Shown piece after piece: positions 17,814-25,171 of a stretch of 53,903 nucleotides of DNA (positions are counted from its first letter, which is position 1; each line of letters begins with the position of its first letter). The translations under genes and the position numbers were made by a program. The stretch spans positions 1 through 53,903 of the IMG/VR virus record IMGVR_UViG_3300027439_000001. The stretch is one strand, 5' to 3'. The notes under the pieces are model-generated. The model was given only the letters and a program-made list of their open reading frames with translations, had not been told where the DNA came from and searched no databases. This stretch comes from a virus.

Positions 17814-18505
17814 AGCAGTTTGTGATCGTCAACGAATGCAGTAGCCATCTTAATGCGCGCTTCCAAAGTAAGTGCCGATAAGTGCAGCGACCACGAGGTT
17901 TCATCCCACTCGTACTGAGAACGAATGTCTGGGGGAATGGGGTACACTCCGGGCGGCATAGCGCACAGTTCTTTGGCCGAGTAGTAGCGCATGAGTTTGT
18001 CGTAAGGAGGCGTGGCAGAGAAGAAGCGTAAACAAAGATTGTCTGACCAGTCGTGTGTTGCGAAAAGGGTGCGGCCGGCGGAATTGCAAGCCCACATAAG
18101 TCCGCGTGTCAGCAAAGAGTTCCGCACGATGATAACGGTCGGGTGCAAGGCGTTCACGTCCCAGGCCGTTACCACGTCCCCAAGCCAGGTTGAAAGTGGG
18201 AGGTCGTAGCGTGACACGATGCAATCAGAGTCAATCCAGGCCACCGTATCGTACTCCTTGAGGCAGGAGTTCTTGTCCAGGTAATGTTCGAGAAGGGCGA
18301 ACTTGATGAAGTAGCGGGTCGGCCAGTACCCTGACTTTGGCTGATCGGTCCAGGGGGACTTTAGGGGCATCGACGTCTCGGAGCAATCTGCGAAAAACTC
18401 GTATCCTTGCGCCTCGCAGTATTTCCGCATCGTCGCCGTAGTAATATCGGCCAAACCTTGCCAGGCTGGGGGAAACGAAGTTAGCAGCAAGGTACGCTCG
18501 CTCAC
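17810..18505 (-). CDS. GT-A fold (DxD) glycosyltransferase, paralog 4 (GTG start preferred; ORF is open to 18541)
   Basis: TMRKYCEAQGY, WIDSDCIV (DxD); GTG 18505 forms a GTGA overlap with the upstream stop, the genome-wide pattern. Confidence 0.5.
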   Translation of the reverse strand: MSERTLLLTSFPPAWQGLADITTATMRKYCEAQGYEFFADCSETSMPLKSPWTDQPKSGYWPTRYFIKFALLEHYLDKNSCLKEYDTVAWIDSDCIVSRYDLPLSTWLGDVVTAWDVNALHPTVIIVRNSLLTRGLMWACNSAGRTLFATHDWSDNLCLRFFSATPPYDKLMRYYSAKELCAMPPGVYPIPPDIRSQYEWDETSWSLHLSALTLEARIKMATAFVDDHKLL

Positions 18506-19395
18506 CCGCGAGCCCGCATCTGTTGCAGAGATATGGCGCATCTGAGATCATAAGCGTGGTTCACCATCTCGTGCGGGAAGTGCCAATCCGAAGAATGGTC
18601 TTGGCAGAACTGCGTGTCCCGATAACCAACTCCTGAAAAAACGTAGCCACGGTCATTGTGGGTCTGCGGAGTTATACACACTCTGACTTCAGGCCGCACG
18701 TCGTACTCTGTCGCTAGATGCTCTCCGCGAACCGCCGCAGCAAGGGACTGCCCACCGGCTTCGGAGCCAATCCATCCTCTACAAGCCGCAAGCATATCGA
18801 GGTACATATAGATTCCATCCACTTGCACCGATTCGCACGCAATCTCGGCTGGGTGCAAGGAAGCCCACTTCGGCATGAGGAGTTGAAGGAAAGGGGCGTT
18901 GCGAAACTTGCCTTTCATCGCACGCATAAACTCCGAGATTCCCTTGTTGTCAATCTGCGACGATGTAGCGGAGAAGTCTAGGAGTACGTGCTGCGAAAGG
19001 TCGATGTGAAACGGCTTCGGAGCGTAGTTGATATACGGGGCGATTGAATACGGTGGGGGGAGTCCGTGCGCGCGTTCCATCGCCTCAATCGAACCGCTCT
19101 CATCGAAGCGGTTGGCAACCTCATAGAAGAGGCCCTGGCGCACATATCCGGCGTTTGCTTTACGGTCGGTCAGCCCGTCGATGTAGGGGTTACGCATCCA
19201 GAAGGCTTCGAGGATCTGATCGTTGCGGGCCCCGATGTCTTTGTCGATGTATACTTTGCGCCCGATATCTTTGAAACGCTTGGGGAGCGTACTATAGATT
19301 GCATGATCCCCCAAACCTACCAAGTTGTGAGTCGTGAGCACAACATCGCCTTCTGGCAACGCGATGTTGCCCTGCAAATCCACAATCGGTTTCAT
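18502..19395 (-). CDS. GT-B glycosyltransferase, GT9 (heptosyltransferase)-like
   Basis: N-terminal LVGLGDHAIYSTLPKRFK and C-terminal WIGSEAGGQSLAAAV resemble the GT9 GD-x-(I/V) and DSG-x-x-HLAAA boxes. Confidence 0.45.
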   Translation of the reverse strand: MKPIVDLQGNIALPEGDVVLTTHNLVGLGDHAIYSTLPKRFKDIGRKVYIDKDIGARNDQILEAFWMRNPYIDGLTDRKANAGYVRQGLFYEVANRFDESGSIEAMERAHGLPPPYSIAPYINYAPKPFHIDLSQHVLLDFSATSSQIDNKGISEFMRAMKGKFRNAPFLQLLMPKWASLHPAEIACESVQVDGIYMYLDMLAACRGWIGSEAGGQSLAAAVRGEHLATEYDVRPEVRVCITPQTHNDRGYVFSGVGYRDTQFCQDHSSDWHFPHEMVNHAYDLRCAISLQQMRARG

Positions 19396-19757
19396 AGAAC
19401 TCTGCCGGTGTTCGTTTCAACGAGTACGTTGCGGTCGTCCCAAAACTCAACCATCCAGCGGTGTTTGGTTGCCGTCACGTAGAGCCGTTCGCCGATGTGC
19501 TTCTCACACCACGCATGCACCCTGGCGTACACCTCGGGGTCCGTCTCCTCAGCAACACGGGAAGTGAAGATGCAGACCACATCCCCCTTGGCAAGCCACT
19601 CCTTCACCCTTGTAACCATCGCAGGTATGGGCTCGCCGATGTGCTCTCTTCCCCTCCACTTATCGTAGAAGGCTAACGTACCGTCGAGGTCGACGGCTAA
19701 AAATCTGCGGCCTTTAACGGGAGGCTTACGGACGATGCCCTGCTGGTCCGCCGTCAC
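19392..19757 (-). CDS. small HAD-superfamily phosphatase
   Basis: FLAVDLDGTLA (DxDxT motif I), CIFTSR (motif II S/T); 121 aa. Confidence 0.5.
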   Translation of the reverse strand: MTADQQGIVRKPPVKGRRFLAVDLDGTLAFYDKWRGREHIGEPIPAMVTRVKEWLAKGDVVCIFTSRVAEETDPEVYARVHAWCEKHIGERLYVTATKHRWMVEFWDDRNVLVETNTGRVL

Positions 19758-19951
19758 TCCTCCTCCGATTCTTCAGGATGCGGTTTCGGTAAGTCCTCAG
19801 ACGCCCAGCGTTCCGGGATCAGAATCGGCCCTTCGCCCCTTTGGCCGCGCAACCAAACACGCCCGGCACGACTGCCCTTTACAACGGCAACGAACGGCTC
19901 TGGAGGGGTAACGAGAACCTTTGTCCCGATCTTCACTCTATTCTTTCCCAA
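19754..19951 (-). CDS. hypothetical protein with acidic tail
   Basis: 65 aa; ATGA overlap downstream. Confidence 0.5.
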   Translation of the reverse strand: MGKNRVKIGTKVLVTPPEPFVAVVKGSRAGRVWLRGQRGEGPILIPERWASEDLPKPHPEESEEE

Positions 19952-20598
19952 TCTCCGTCGTCGTTACGTCGCACTCGAATACCGTTGACCCGTGCAAGAA
20001 TGTCAATCTGCCCAACGATACGGTACTCGCGGCCCACGATTTTCAGAGCGCGCCCTTTCGCATTGTGGTCAATTAGAACAACGTCGCCCGGTTTGAAGAA
20101 CATGGGAACGTCGGCGGGAACGCGCGTCAATAAATCTCCCATTGGCGCGCCATGAGGACCCTGTTTCGTCACGGCAACGCCCGGATCTGGCAATCCGAGA
20201 AGATGCCCGTTCCCAGCGGTTATAATAATCCCCGCAATCACGCCTCGGCGCTCAATCGTTGGGTCAGCCTGCGGGTGACTGTCGGGGATCTCCCGCCCGT
20301 ATTCATCTTTTTGCGGCACCGGCTGGGTGATAACCAGCAGTGAACCAAGTTCAATGGTTTCATCGAAATCTATCGCCTCAATGCAATAGCGATCCCCATT
20401 AGGCTCAATGTCTTCCGGTTTGATCTCATGTATTTTTAGCTGGACGCGCGGCTTCGTTGCAGCCAAGAGTGCACGGGCTTTCGGGTCTATCATGTTCTCT
20501 CTAGTCTCCGGCCCAAGGGCCAAGGGCATTGAACCACCAGAAGGCGTCTCGCCCGACTGGTGTACTGAGTACAAGTACGATAACCAGAATGAGCGCAA
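19933..20598 (-). CDS. GroES/Gp31-like co-chaperonin with enlarged loop (start uncertain: M1, M24 or M36)
   Basis: Aligns by eye to GroES: IKPEDIEPNGDRYCIEA, RRGVIAGIIITAGNGHLLG, FKPGDVVLIDHNAKGRALKIVGREYRIVGQIDILARV. Confidence 0.5.
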   Translation of the reverse strand: MRSFWLSYLYSVHQSGETPSGGSMPLALGPETRENMIDPKARALLAATKPRVQLKIHEIKPEDIEPNGDRYCIEAIDFDETIELGSLLVITQPVPQKDEYGREIPDSHPQADPTIERRGVIAGIIITAGNGHLLGLPDPGVAVTKQGPHGAPMGDLLTRVPADVPMFFKPGDVVLIDHNAKGRALKIVGREYRIVGQIDILARVNGIRVRRNDDGDWERIE

Positions 20599-20646
20599 AG
20601 AAGAGGAGCCAGTCTACGGCATGATCGGCGAACGTGCGAATGCTTT

Positions 20647-21231
20647 TCACCCTTTACTAGACTTCGCCAAACGCAAGAAGTCCTCAAATGACCCCAGGCC
20701 GGAATGTTCACCATCGAGATCGGCCACCATGTCCAGAGCTTTCAAAGAGGCGGCAGGGATAGCGGAGTAGGCGTGCTTCCGAAGGAGATTCGCCCGGGCG
20801 ACTTGCCCTAAGTCGTTGCGTTCCAGAACGTCGGCAAGGGTAGTCGACCCAAGCCCGCTCCTAACCTCAGCGTGCAGTTCTAGCCGACGCAAGCGTACCT
20901 CTTCGATCTGAAGCCCAAAGATAATCGCAAGGGCCTGCTCTTGGTTACCATTCTGATCGGTCAACTCTTCCAAGTACCTAGCATACCTCTCGGCCTTCAT
21001 GGCTCGTTCTTTGCGGGCCGCGTTACGGGCTTCGAGGTCGGCCTTGGTCATTTTTCTCTTGAGCGGAGAAGTTGACTCGGAACGGAGGCGAACGGGAACG
21101 GCTCCTGGCGGAGACTGGTACGGGTCCACCTCATGCTCATGCCGGTGCGTTGGGCGCGGAGAGGGCAGCATAAGGGGCGGCGCTTCTACGTCGATGAGTT
21201 GGTCGTCTCCGATCGGGCGGCGGCGCGGCAT
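20647..21231 (-). CDS. hypothetical protein (basic/helical)
   Basis: 194 aa ORF; no motif recognised. Confidence 0.55.
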   Translation of the reverse strand: MPRRRPIGDDQLIDVEAPPLMLPSPRPTHRHEHEVDPYQSPPGAVPVRLRSESTSPLKRKMTKADLEARNAARKERAMKAERYARYLEELTDQNGNQEQALAIIFGLQIEEVRLRRLELHAEVRSGLGSTTLADVLERNDLGQVARANLLRKHAYSAIPAASLKALDMVADLDGEHSGLGSFEDFLRLAKSSKG

Positions 21232-21566
21232 TAGTTCACAATCTCCAGGTTCTCTGAGGAATCAGGCTGCTCACCCACGGGCTCAATAGCACCTTGTCCG
21301 AAGAGTTCGGTTATCGGGTTTACGCGGGCTGCACCACTTGTCTCTTTCTGCTGTGGCTGCGTTGCCTGTAACACAGAACGTTTGTCCTCGCGTTCCCGGA
21401 TACGCTGCACGACCCGCATGATGCGGTCGTCAATCACCGAGTCCACTTTATTTAACACGCCCAAGGCATTCGCCATTGGTAAGAGACTGCGGCTGAGAAG
21501 GACGAGTACGGTGGTCCAACCCGCGAGAGCTAGGATCGCGACGGCGGCCCAGAGGTGTTCAGACAT
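21231..21566 (-). CDS. hypothetical membrane-anchored protein
   Basis: 111 aa; N-terminal hydrophobic helix LWAAVAILALAGWTTVLVLL. Confidence 0.55.
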   Translation of the reverse strand: MSEHLWAAVAILALAGWTTVLVLLSRSLLPMANALGVLNKVDSVIDDRIMRVVQRIREREDKRSVLQATQPQQKETSGAARVNPITELFGQGAIEPVGEQPDSSENLEIVN

Positions 21567-21858
21567 ACATTCCCTCTAGCGCGTCCGAAAGATCAACAGT
21601 GAACAGCCCTCCTTCAGGGGCAGGAAAGGAACCCGTCAGCCTCACATACCGATTCGCGTGCAGGTCCCAGGCTCCGTAGAGATTCCCGCAGGCGCGCGGA
21701 CCCCACATGACGTCAACACCCGTAAAGGTCGGTCGATTGAGTACGCCGAGCAGGTGTTGCTCTAAGCATTGCAGGCCGCACTCCATTCCCTCATGGCCGC
21801 GAATCTTGTGCGGTTCCCGAACGAGCAATCTCGCTTGCGTCAGCAAATCGTCGTTCAT
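21559..21858 (-). CDS. hypothetical protein
   Basis: 99 aa ORF; 8-nt overlap downstream. Confidence 0.55.
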   Translation of the reverse strand: MNDDLLTQARLLVREPHKIRGHEGMECGLQCLEQHLLGVLNRPTFTGVDVMWGPRACGNLYGAWDLHANRYVRLTGSFPAPEGGLFTVDLSDALEGMYV

Positions 21859-22016
21859 CCTTCAGGCTCCACGTTTGCTTCGTGGACTTCTTCCACGAGT
21901 TCGGCAATCAAGAGCCTCATATCCAGTAAGACCTCAAGGATGAGTTCCTGGCAGGTTTCAGGTTTGCCGTACTTGGCTTCCCGGAGTTCGGCTAAGATGG
22001 TTGCGGGGGTTCTCAT
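21855..22016 (-). CDS. 53-aa hypothetical protein
   Basis: Hand translation: [53 protein letters not shown]; ATGA overlaps at both ends. Confidence 0.55.
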   Translation of the reverse strand: MRTPATILAELREAKYGKPETCQELILEVLLDMRLLIAELVEEVHEANVEPEG

Positions 22017-22270
22017 GCGCCCACCGCTTCATACGTCGCCTCGAAGATGTCCGGCTTGCACGGGTAGAACTCGCCCTTGACGCCTTTGATTATCCAATCG
22101 CCAGGATTTGCTGACATAATCCCTTCGAGTGTCTCGATACGGTAAACGTGAGAATCGCAACAGAGGTCGTCGTCCTCGTGCGTTTCCCCAACAAACTCGG
22201 CGGCACTACGACAGTTTTCCCCGTCGTACTGAAACGCCTCAATGACCACGGGACGCTTACGGTATTTCAT
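22013..22270 (-). CDS. hypothetical protein (small beta-rich phage protein)
   Basis: 85 aa; [26 protein letters not shown]. Confidence 0.55.
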   Translation of the reverse strand: MKYRKRPVVIEAFQYDGENCRSAAEFVGETHEDDDLCCDSHVYRIETLEGIMSANPGDWIIKGVKGEFYPCKPDIFEATYEAVGA

Positions 22271-22437
22271 TTCCTCACCACCTGATCGCTGAAGGCGAAC
22301 TTATTGAGCACTTTGAGCACCAAGGCAGAAAGCCGCATATCGGACTTGAAAGCCTTCTCTTTGAGCCGAGAGACCATTCCTTCAGGGCACTCCTTGAGGT
22401 CGATCTGAAGGCGGGTATCGTTGGTTCGGATTCTCAT
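22267..22437 (-). CDS. ribbon-helix-helix-like small DNA-binding protein (candidate)
   Basis: Start at internal M (ATGA overlap with the upstream stop); [44 protein letters not shown] fits a strand-helix-helix pattern. Confidence 0.4.
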   Translation of the reverse strand: MRIRTNDTRLQIDLKECPEGMVSRLKEKAFKSDMRLSALVLKVLNKFAFSDQVVRK

Positions 22438-22637
22438 TCCGGCTGTACCTCGCACCACCAAGCATGGTTACCGCTGCTGTCCCTCCCGCAAGCCCAGCAC
22501 GCTTTACCAGCGCAGTCGTGTTCTCTAGCATCATCCGGGAACCACTTCTCACAGACCGGGCACTGCCAGGGCCAGGGCTCTACCTTCTGCTCACTCATGC
22601 TTGAGTCGGCGCGGGCCGCGTCGTCGGTTGCTTTCAT
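22434..22637 (-). CDS. small zinc-finger protein
   Basis: CPVCEKW...HDCAGKACWACG; start chosen at the ATGA overlap (M12 of the ORF). Confidence 0.5.
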   Translation of the reverse strand: MKATDDAARADSSMSEQKVEPWPWQCPVCEKWFPDDAREHDCAGKACWACGRDSSGNHAWWCEVQPE

Positions 22638-23092
22638 GCCGTCCTCGCGTCGATCTTCTCGTAAGCGCACTTTTCACAGCAGCCGTGCTTCTCGCACCAG
22701 CCCATCGCTGGCGGGTGGTCGCTCGGCTTCACAATAAGTTCAGCCTCAAAGTCCCCGAACATATACGACGGCGTTTGACGACGCATCGAACCCCAAATCT
22801 TGGAGTCAATGAACGCCTCAAAAATCTTGATATCGCCGCGCAAAAGCAAAGAGCGCCCTGTCGTCTTGGCCCATGTTTCTGCAGTAGCGGCCCCCATGAC
22901 CTTACGCAACTCGACCAACTGTCCGTGAATGGTCTTTAGTTTGCGGACGGTTTGAGGGTGATGCGGAGCGCCCTTTTTGGTCGCGTTGACGACCGTGGTG
23001 GGCGACAAGTCTAGGCAAGCGGCTAATTCGTCAACGGAAACGGCAAGCCAGGCTTGAAGATCGCGCCGAACTCCAGAAAGAGCCACCTTCAC
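22634..23092 (-). CDS. HTH DNA-binding protein, first gene of the leftward block (Cro/regulator-like)
   Basis: LAVSVDELAACLDLSPTTVVNATKKG helix-turn-helix; GTG start; C-terminal Cys cluster CEKHGCCEKC. Confidence 0.5.
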   Translation of the reverse strand: MKVALSGVRRDLQAWLAVSVDELAACLDLSPTTVVNATKKGAPHHPQTVRKLKTIHGQLVELRKVMGAATAETWAKTTGRSLLLRGDIKIFEAFIDSKIWGSMRRQTPSYMFGDFEAELIVKPSDHPPAMGWCEKHGCCEKCAYEKIDARTA

Positions 23093-23510
23093 AACAGACT
23101 TCCAACCCGGCGCAACCCCGAAGCGTATTTCACCTCCCCATGATTCCAGGAAAAGCCTAATAAGTCAATAGGACTCTGAGCAACAGGACTTTCGGCCCTT
23201 GCAACTTAAAAAGAGCAAACGCTCCGAACCTGCAAGAACTATGCTCCCGTCCTCCCTCCCCACCCGGTCAGCCGCTTTATCAAGCAGCAAGGGTTGTGGG
23301 TCAGGAGAGGGTAGAGGCTCAAGGGCCTGCCAACCGTTTCAGTCTTTTCCTGGAAGGTTCTTACGGCGCTATGCCCGTATATACGTCCCAGAGGCGAAGG
23401 CTTACTTGGGTTCGGAGACCCAGTGCTTGCAAAAGCAAGAAGCGCGTTCCTGCAAAGGGGCGCGTTTTCTTATGCAGGATCCGTCCAGGCGCGGCGTTGA
23501 AGTCCTCACC
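23093..23510. promoter_or_regulatory. 418-bp divergent control region without credible ORF
   Basis: Possible leftward promoter: TTGACT (rc of 23163..23168), 17 nt, AATCAT. Hairpin CTTGC-AAAA-GCAAG (23426..23439). Direct GCGCGTT x2. (C)CTGCAAG-type words at 23198, 23229 and 23449. Confidence 0.45.
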
Positions 23511-23951
23511 ATGAAGACTGAGCACAACAAGTTCCACGCCGGGAACGGAGCAGACGGCAAGCACTACTGGCTCACCCCGCCGGCCCTTTACGATGACCTC
23601 AACCGCCAATACGAGTTCAACTTCGACCCTTGCCCCTATCCCAAGCCCGAGGGTTTCGACGGCTTGACTGACGACTGGGGTACCTCGAGCTATGTCAACC
23701 CGCCGTTCGGCAGCATCATCCACCAGGGACGAAAGAAAGGCCCTACTGCTTGGGTACGCAAGGCCCTCGCAGAACATAAGAAAGGCAAACGAGTCGTCCT
23801 GGTCTACCCGATCGACAAGTGGGTGCTCATGTTGCTCGCTGCGGGCGCAAAAGTCACGAATCTCGGCGACGTCCGCTGGCTCGCTACCGAAGATCGGCTT
23901 CCAGGACTCGGCACAGGCCGACACATCGCCTGCTTCGTACTGGAACCATAG
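23511..23951 (+). CDS. phage-type DNA N6-adenine methyltransferase (orphan; Dam/pfam05869-like layout)
   Basis: YWLTPPALYDDLNRQYEFNFDPCPYP then SSYVNPPFG (NPPF catalytic box) then RVVLVYP; ATG 23511 chosen because the upstream 104 codons are R/S-rich and not protein-like. Confidence 0.65.
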   Translation: MKTEHNKFHAGNGADGKHYWLTPPALYDDLNRQYEFNFDPCPYPKPEGFDGLTDDWGTSSYVNPPFGSIIHQGRKKGPTAWVRKALAEHKKGKRVVLVYPIDKWVLMLLAAGAKVTNLGDVRWLATEDRLPGLGTGRHIACFVLEP

Positions 23952-24398
23952 TCGCTTGCTTGCCTTACTTTCTTTTTCTAATTTCTTAGGGCTTCGTAGA
24001 TTCTGAGGAGGTTGGGTTGGGCTGGAGCACTGAGGCCCTAGGGCAGGGGATTACCACCCCTGCCTGCCGGCGAGCAAGCGTCCGGGCTGCCAGGAAGTGC
24101 ATAAGCGGGAGGGGCCTGCAAGACTATGCAAGTCTGCCTCGTGCATCCTCGTCCCTGGCAACGCATAAGTATTGTTATGCACCCTCGGCCTCGTGGATCC
24201 TAGCCCTGCGTGCTTGCGGGCCCTGAGATCGTTGCCCAGCAGTCCGGTAAGCACTCGGTTCTGAGTGCTCCACGAGGGCTCAGAAGCCTACGGAGGGGGC
24301 GGGGCGGATTCGCTTCGTCTCTGCTCGGACAGTCGTTCTAGGTGCTCTGTGGCTAGTAATACCTAGGACCTCGCAGGTACACGCTCACGAGCGAGCTA
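23952..24398 (+). other. 447-bp structured non-coding region (candidate ncRNA, long 5' leader or origin)
   Basis: Perfect hairpins GGCAGGGG-7-CCCCTGCC (24042..24064), GCATAA-6-TTATGC (24163..24180), AGCACTC-6-GAGTGCT (24250..24269), CTAGGT-16-ACCTAG (24339..24366). Only short R/C-rich ORFs on either strand. Confidence 0.4.
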
Positions 24399-24830
24399 GT
24401 GCCTTGGATGACCAGGAAAGGGCCCTTCCTTTGGCCCTGGAACCTGTCCGCCGTGCGGAAGCCCCGTAACCCTCGAGGCCGCCCGAAGTGGGTCCTAGCG
24501 AAGTGCATACGCTTCTGTCGGCTGTTTGGCTACTGGCCCTCGGCAACTGAGCTCTCGAGTTACCTTGGGCGCGGATCCCAGCGCACGATGAGGCGGGACC
24601 TTCTACGCTTGGTTAGTCAGGGGCTCGTCGCTCGAGCTCGCTTTTACCGCTGGGAGGTAACGGAGGATGGGTTCGGATTCGCCGGGCTACCGATCGTCGC
24701 TCCGAAGAAGGTCGCTCCCCCGGTGACTCGTCCGAAGCCGGCGCGAACCAAGCGCGAAAAGGCGCTCGAGCGTCTTAGACGTCAGGTGGCGGCCCATAAG
24801 GTCTATGACTCTCTAGAGACGGTCGACTGA
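24399..24830 (+). CDS. winged-helix DNA-binding protein, DeoR-type HTH (start GTG 24399 or ATG 24408)
   Basis: PSATELSSYLGRGSQRTMRRDLLRLVSQGLV matches the DeoR-type (S/T)-x-R-T-(I/M)-RRDL box; basic C-terminal tail. Confidence 0.55.
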   Translation: MPWMTRKGPFLWPWNLSAVRKPRNPRGRPKWVLAKCIRFCRLFGYWPSATELSSYLGRGSQRTMRRDLLRLVSQGLVARARFYRWEVTEDGFGFAGLPIVAPKKVAPPVTRPKPARTKREKALERLRRQVAAHKVYDSLETVD

Positions 24831-24961
24831 GGGGATAGAAAAAGCCCGACCTTGCGATCGAGCTGCGCTCACTGCTGGAGCGCCGGCCTCCGGTGTTCGC
24901 TTCCAGGATAACACGGCGCGTCAAGGTTTCCACGATGCGGAAGAGACAAAGGCCTGCGCGC

Positions 24962-24991
24962 TTGACTCTGTCTAAGCGGGTGCGCTATACT
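24962..24991 (+). promoter_or_regulatory. sigma70-like promoter P1
   Basis: TTGACT (24962-67), 18 nt, TATACT (24986-91), then AGGAGG (24999-25004) and ATG 25013. Confidence 0.6.
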
Positions 24992-25012
24992 CTGTCCTAG
25001 GAGGAAATGAAC

Positions 25013-25171
25013 ATGGCGAACCAAATCGCTCTCCGCATCCTAACCCTACGCACCCTGATTTACGACTACGTTGGATACCTCGGCGGCGCGAGCAATAAAG
25101 AAGTCGCACTCCGCGGCATCCAGCATGGCGGCAAGGCTAGAATCGCTGGAACTGAGCTTCTCTCCCTATGA
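25013..25171 (+). CDS. 52-aa hypothetical protein (first gene after P1)
   Basis: Hand translation: MANQIALRILTLRTLIYDYVGYLGGASNKEVALRGIQHGGKARIAGTELLSL; AGGAGG 8 nt upstream; ATGA overlap with the next gene. Confidence 0.55.
   Translation: MANQIALRILTLRTLIYDYVGYLGGASNKEVALRGIQHGGKARIAGTELLSL

Noticed and set aside
13599-19757. Glycosyltransferase island as a DNA hypermodification (base glycosylation) system
   Set aside because: No dNMP hydroxymethylase, kinase, aminotransferase or DNA-glycosyltransferase-type partners were seen. GT34/GT9/FkbM-like enzymes and a membrane peptide point to glycan or protein substrates. This is not formally excluded.
23199-23510. N-terminal 104-codon extension (TTG start) of the methyltransferase ORF, giving a 250-aa protein
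   Set aside because: The extension is R/S/C/G-rich with no protein-like pattern. The methyltransferase homology-type motifs begin right after ATG 23511. The region is better explained as non-coding control DNA.
24017-24254. ORFs 24017..24226 (+) and 24051..24254 (-) inside the structured spacer as small protein genes
   Set aside because: The ORFs are mutually overlapping and R/C/A/G-rich with no RBS, and they coincide with perfect hairpins. They are more consistent with structured RNA or DNA than with coding sequence.
24250-24272. tRNA-like T-arm followed by CCA (AGCACTC-ggttct-GAGTGCT-cca); a similar GGTTCG word occurs at 23409 and the reverse complement of GGTTCGAGC near 25930
   Set aside because: Loop length and the G53:C61 pairing do not fit a T-arm. 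No acceptor, D or anticodon arms can be built around any of them. No tRNAscan-type tool was available, so absence of tRNAs is an eye-based statement.
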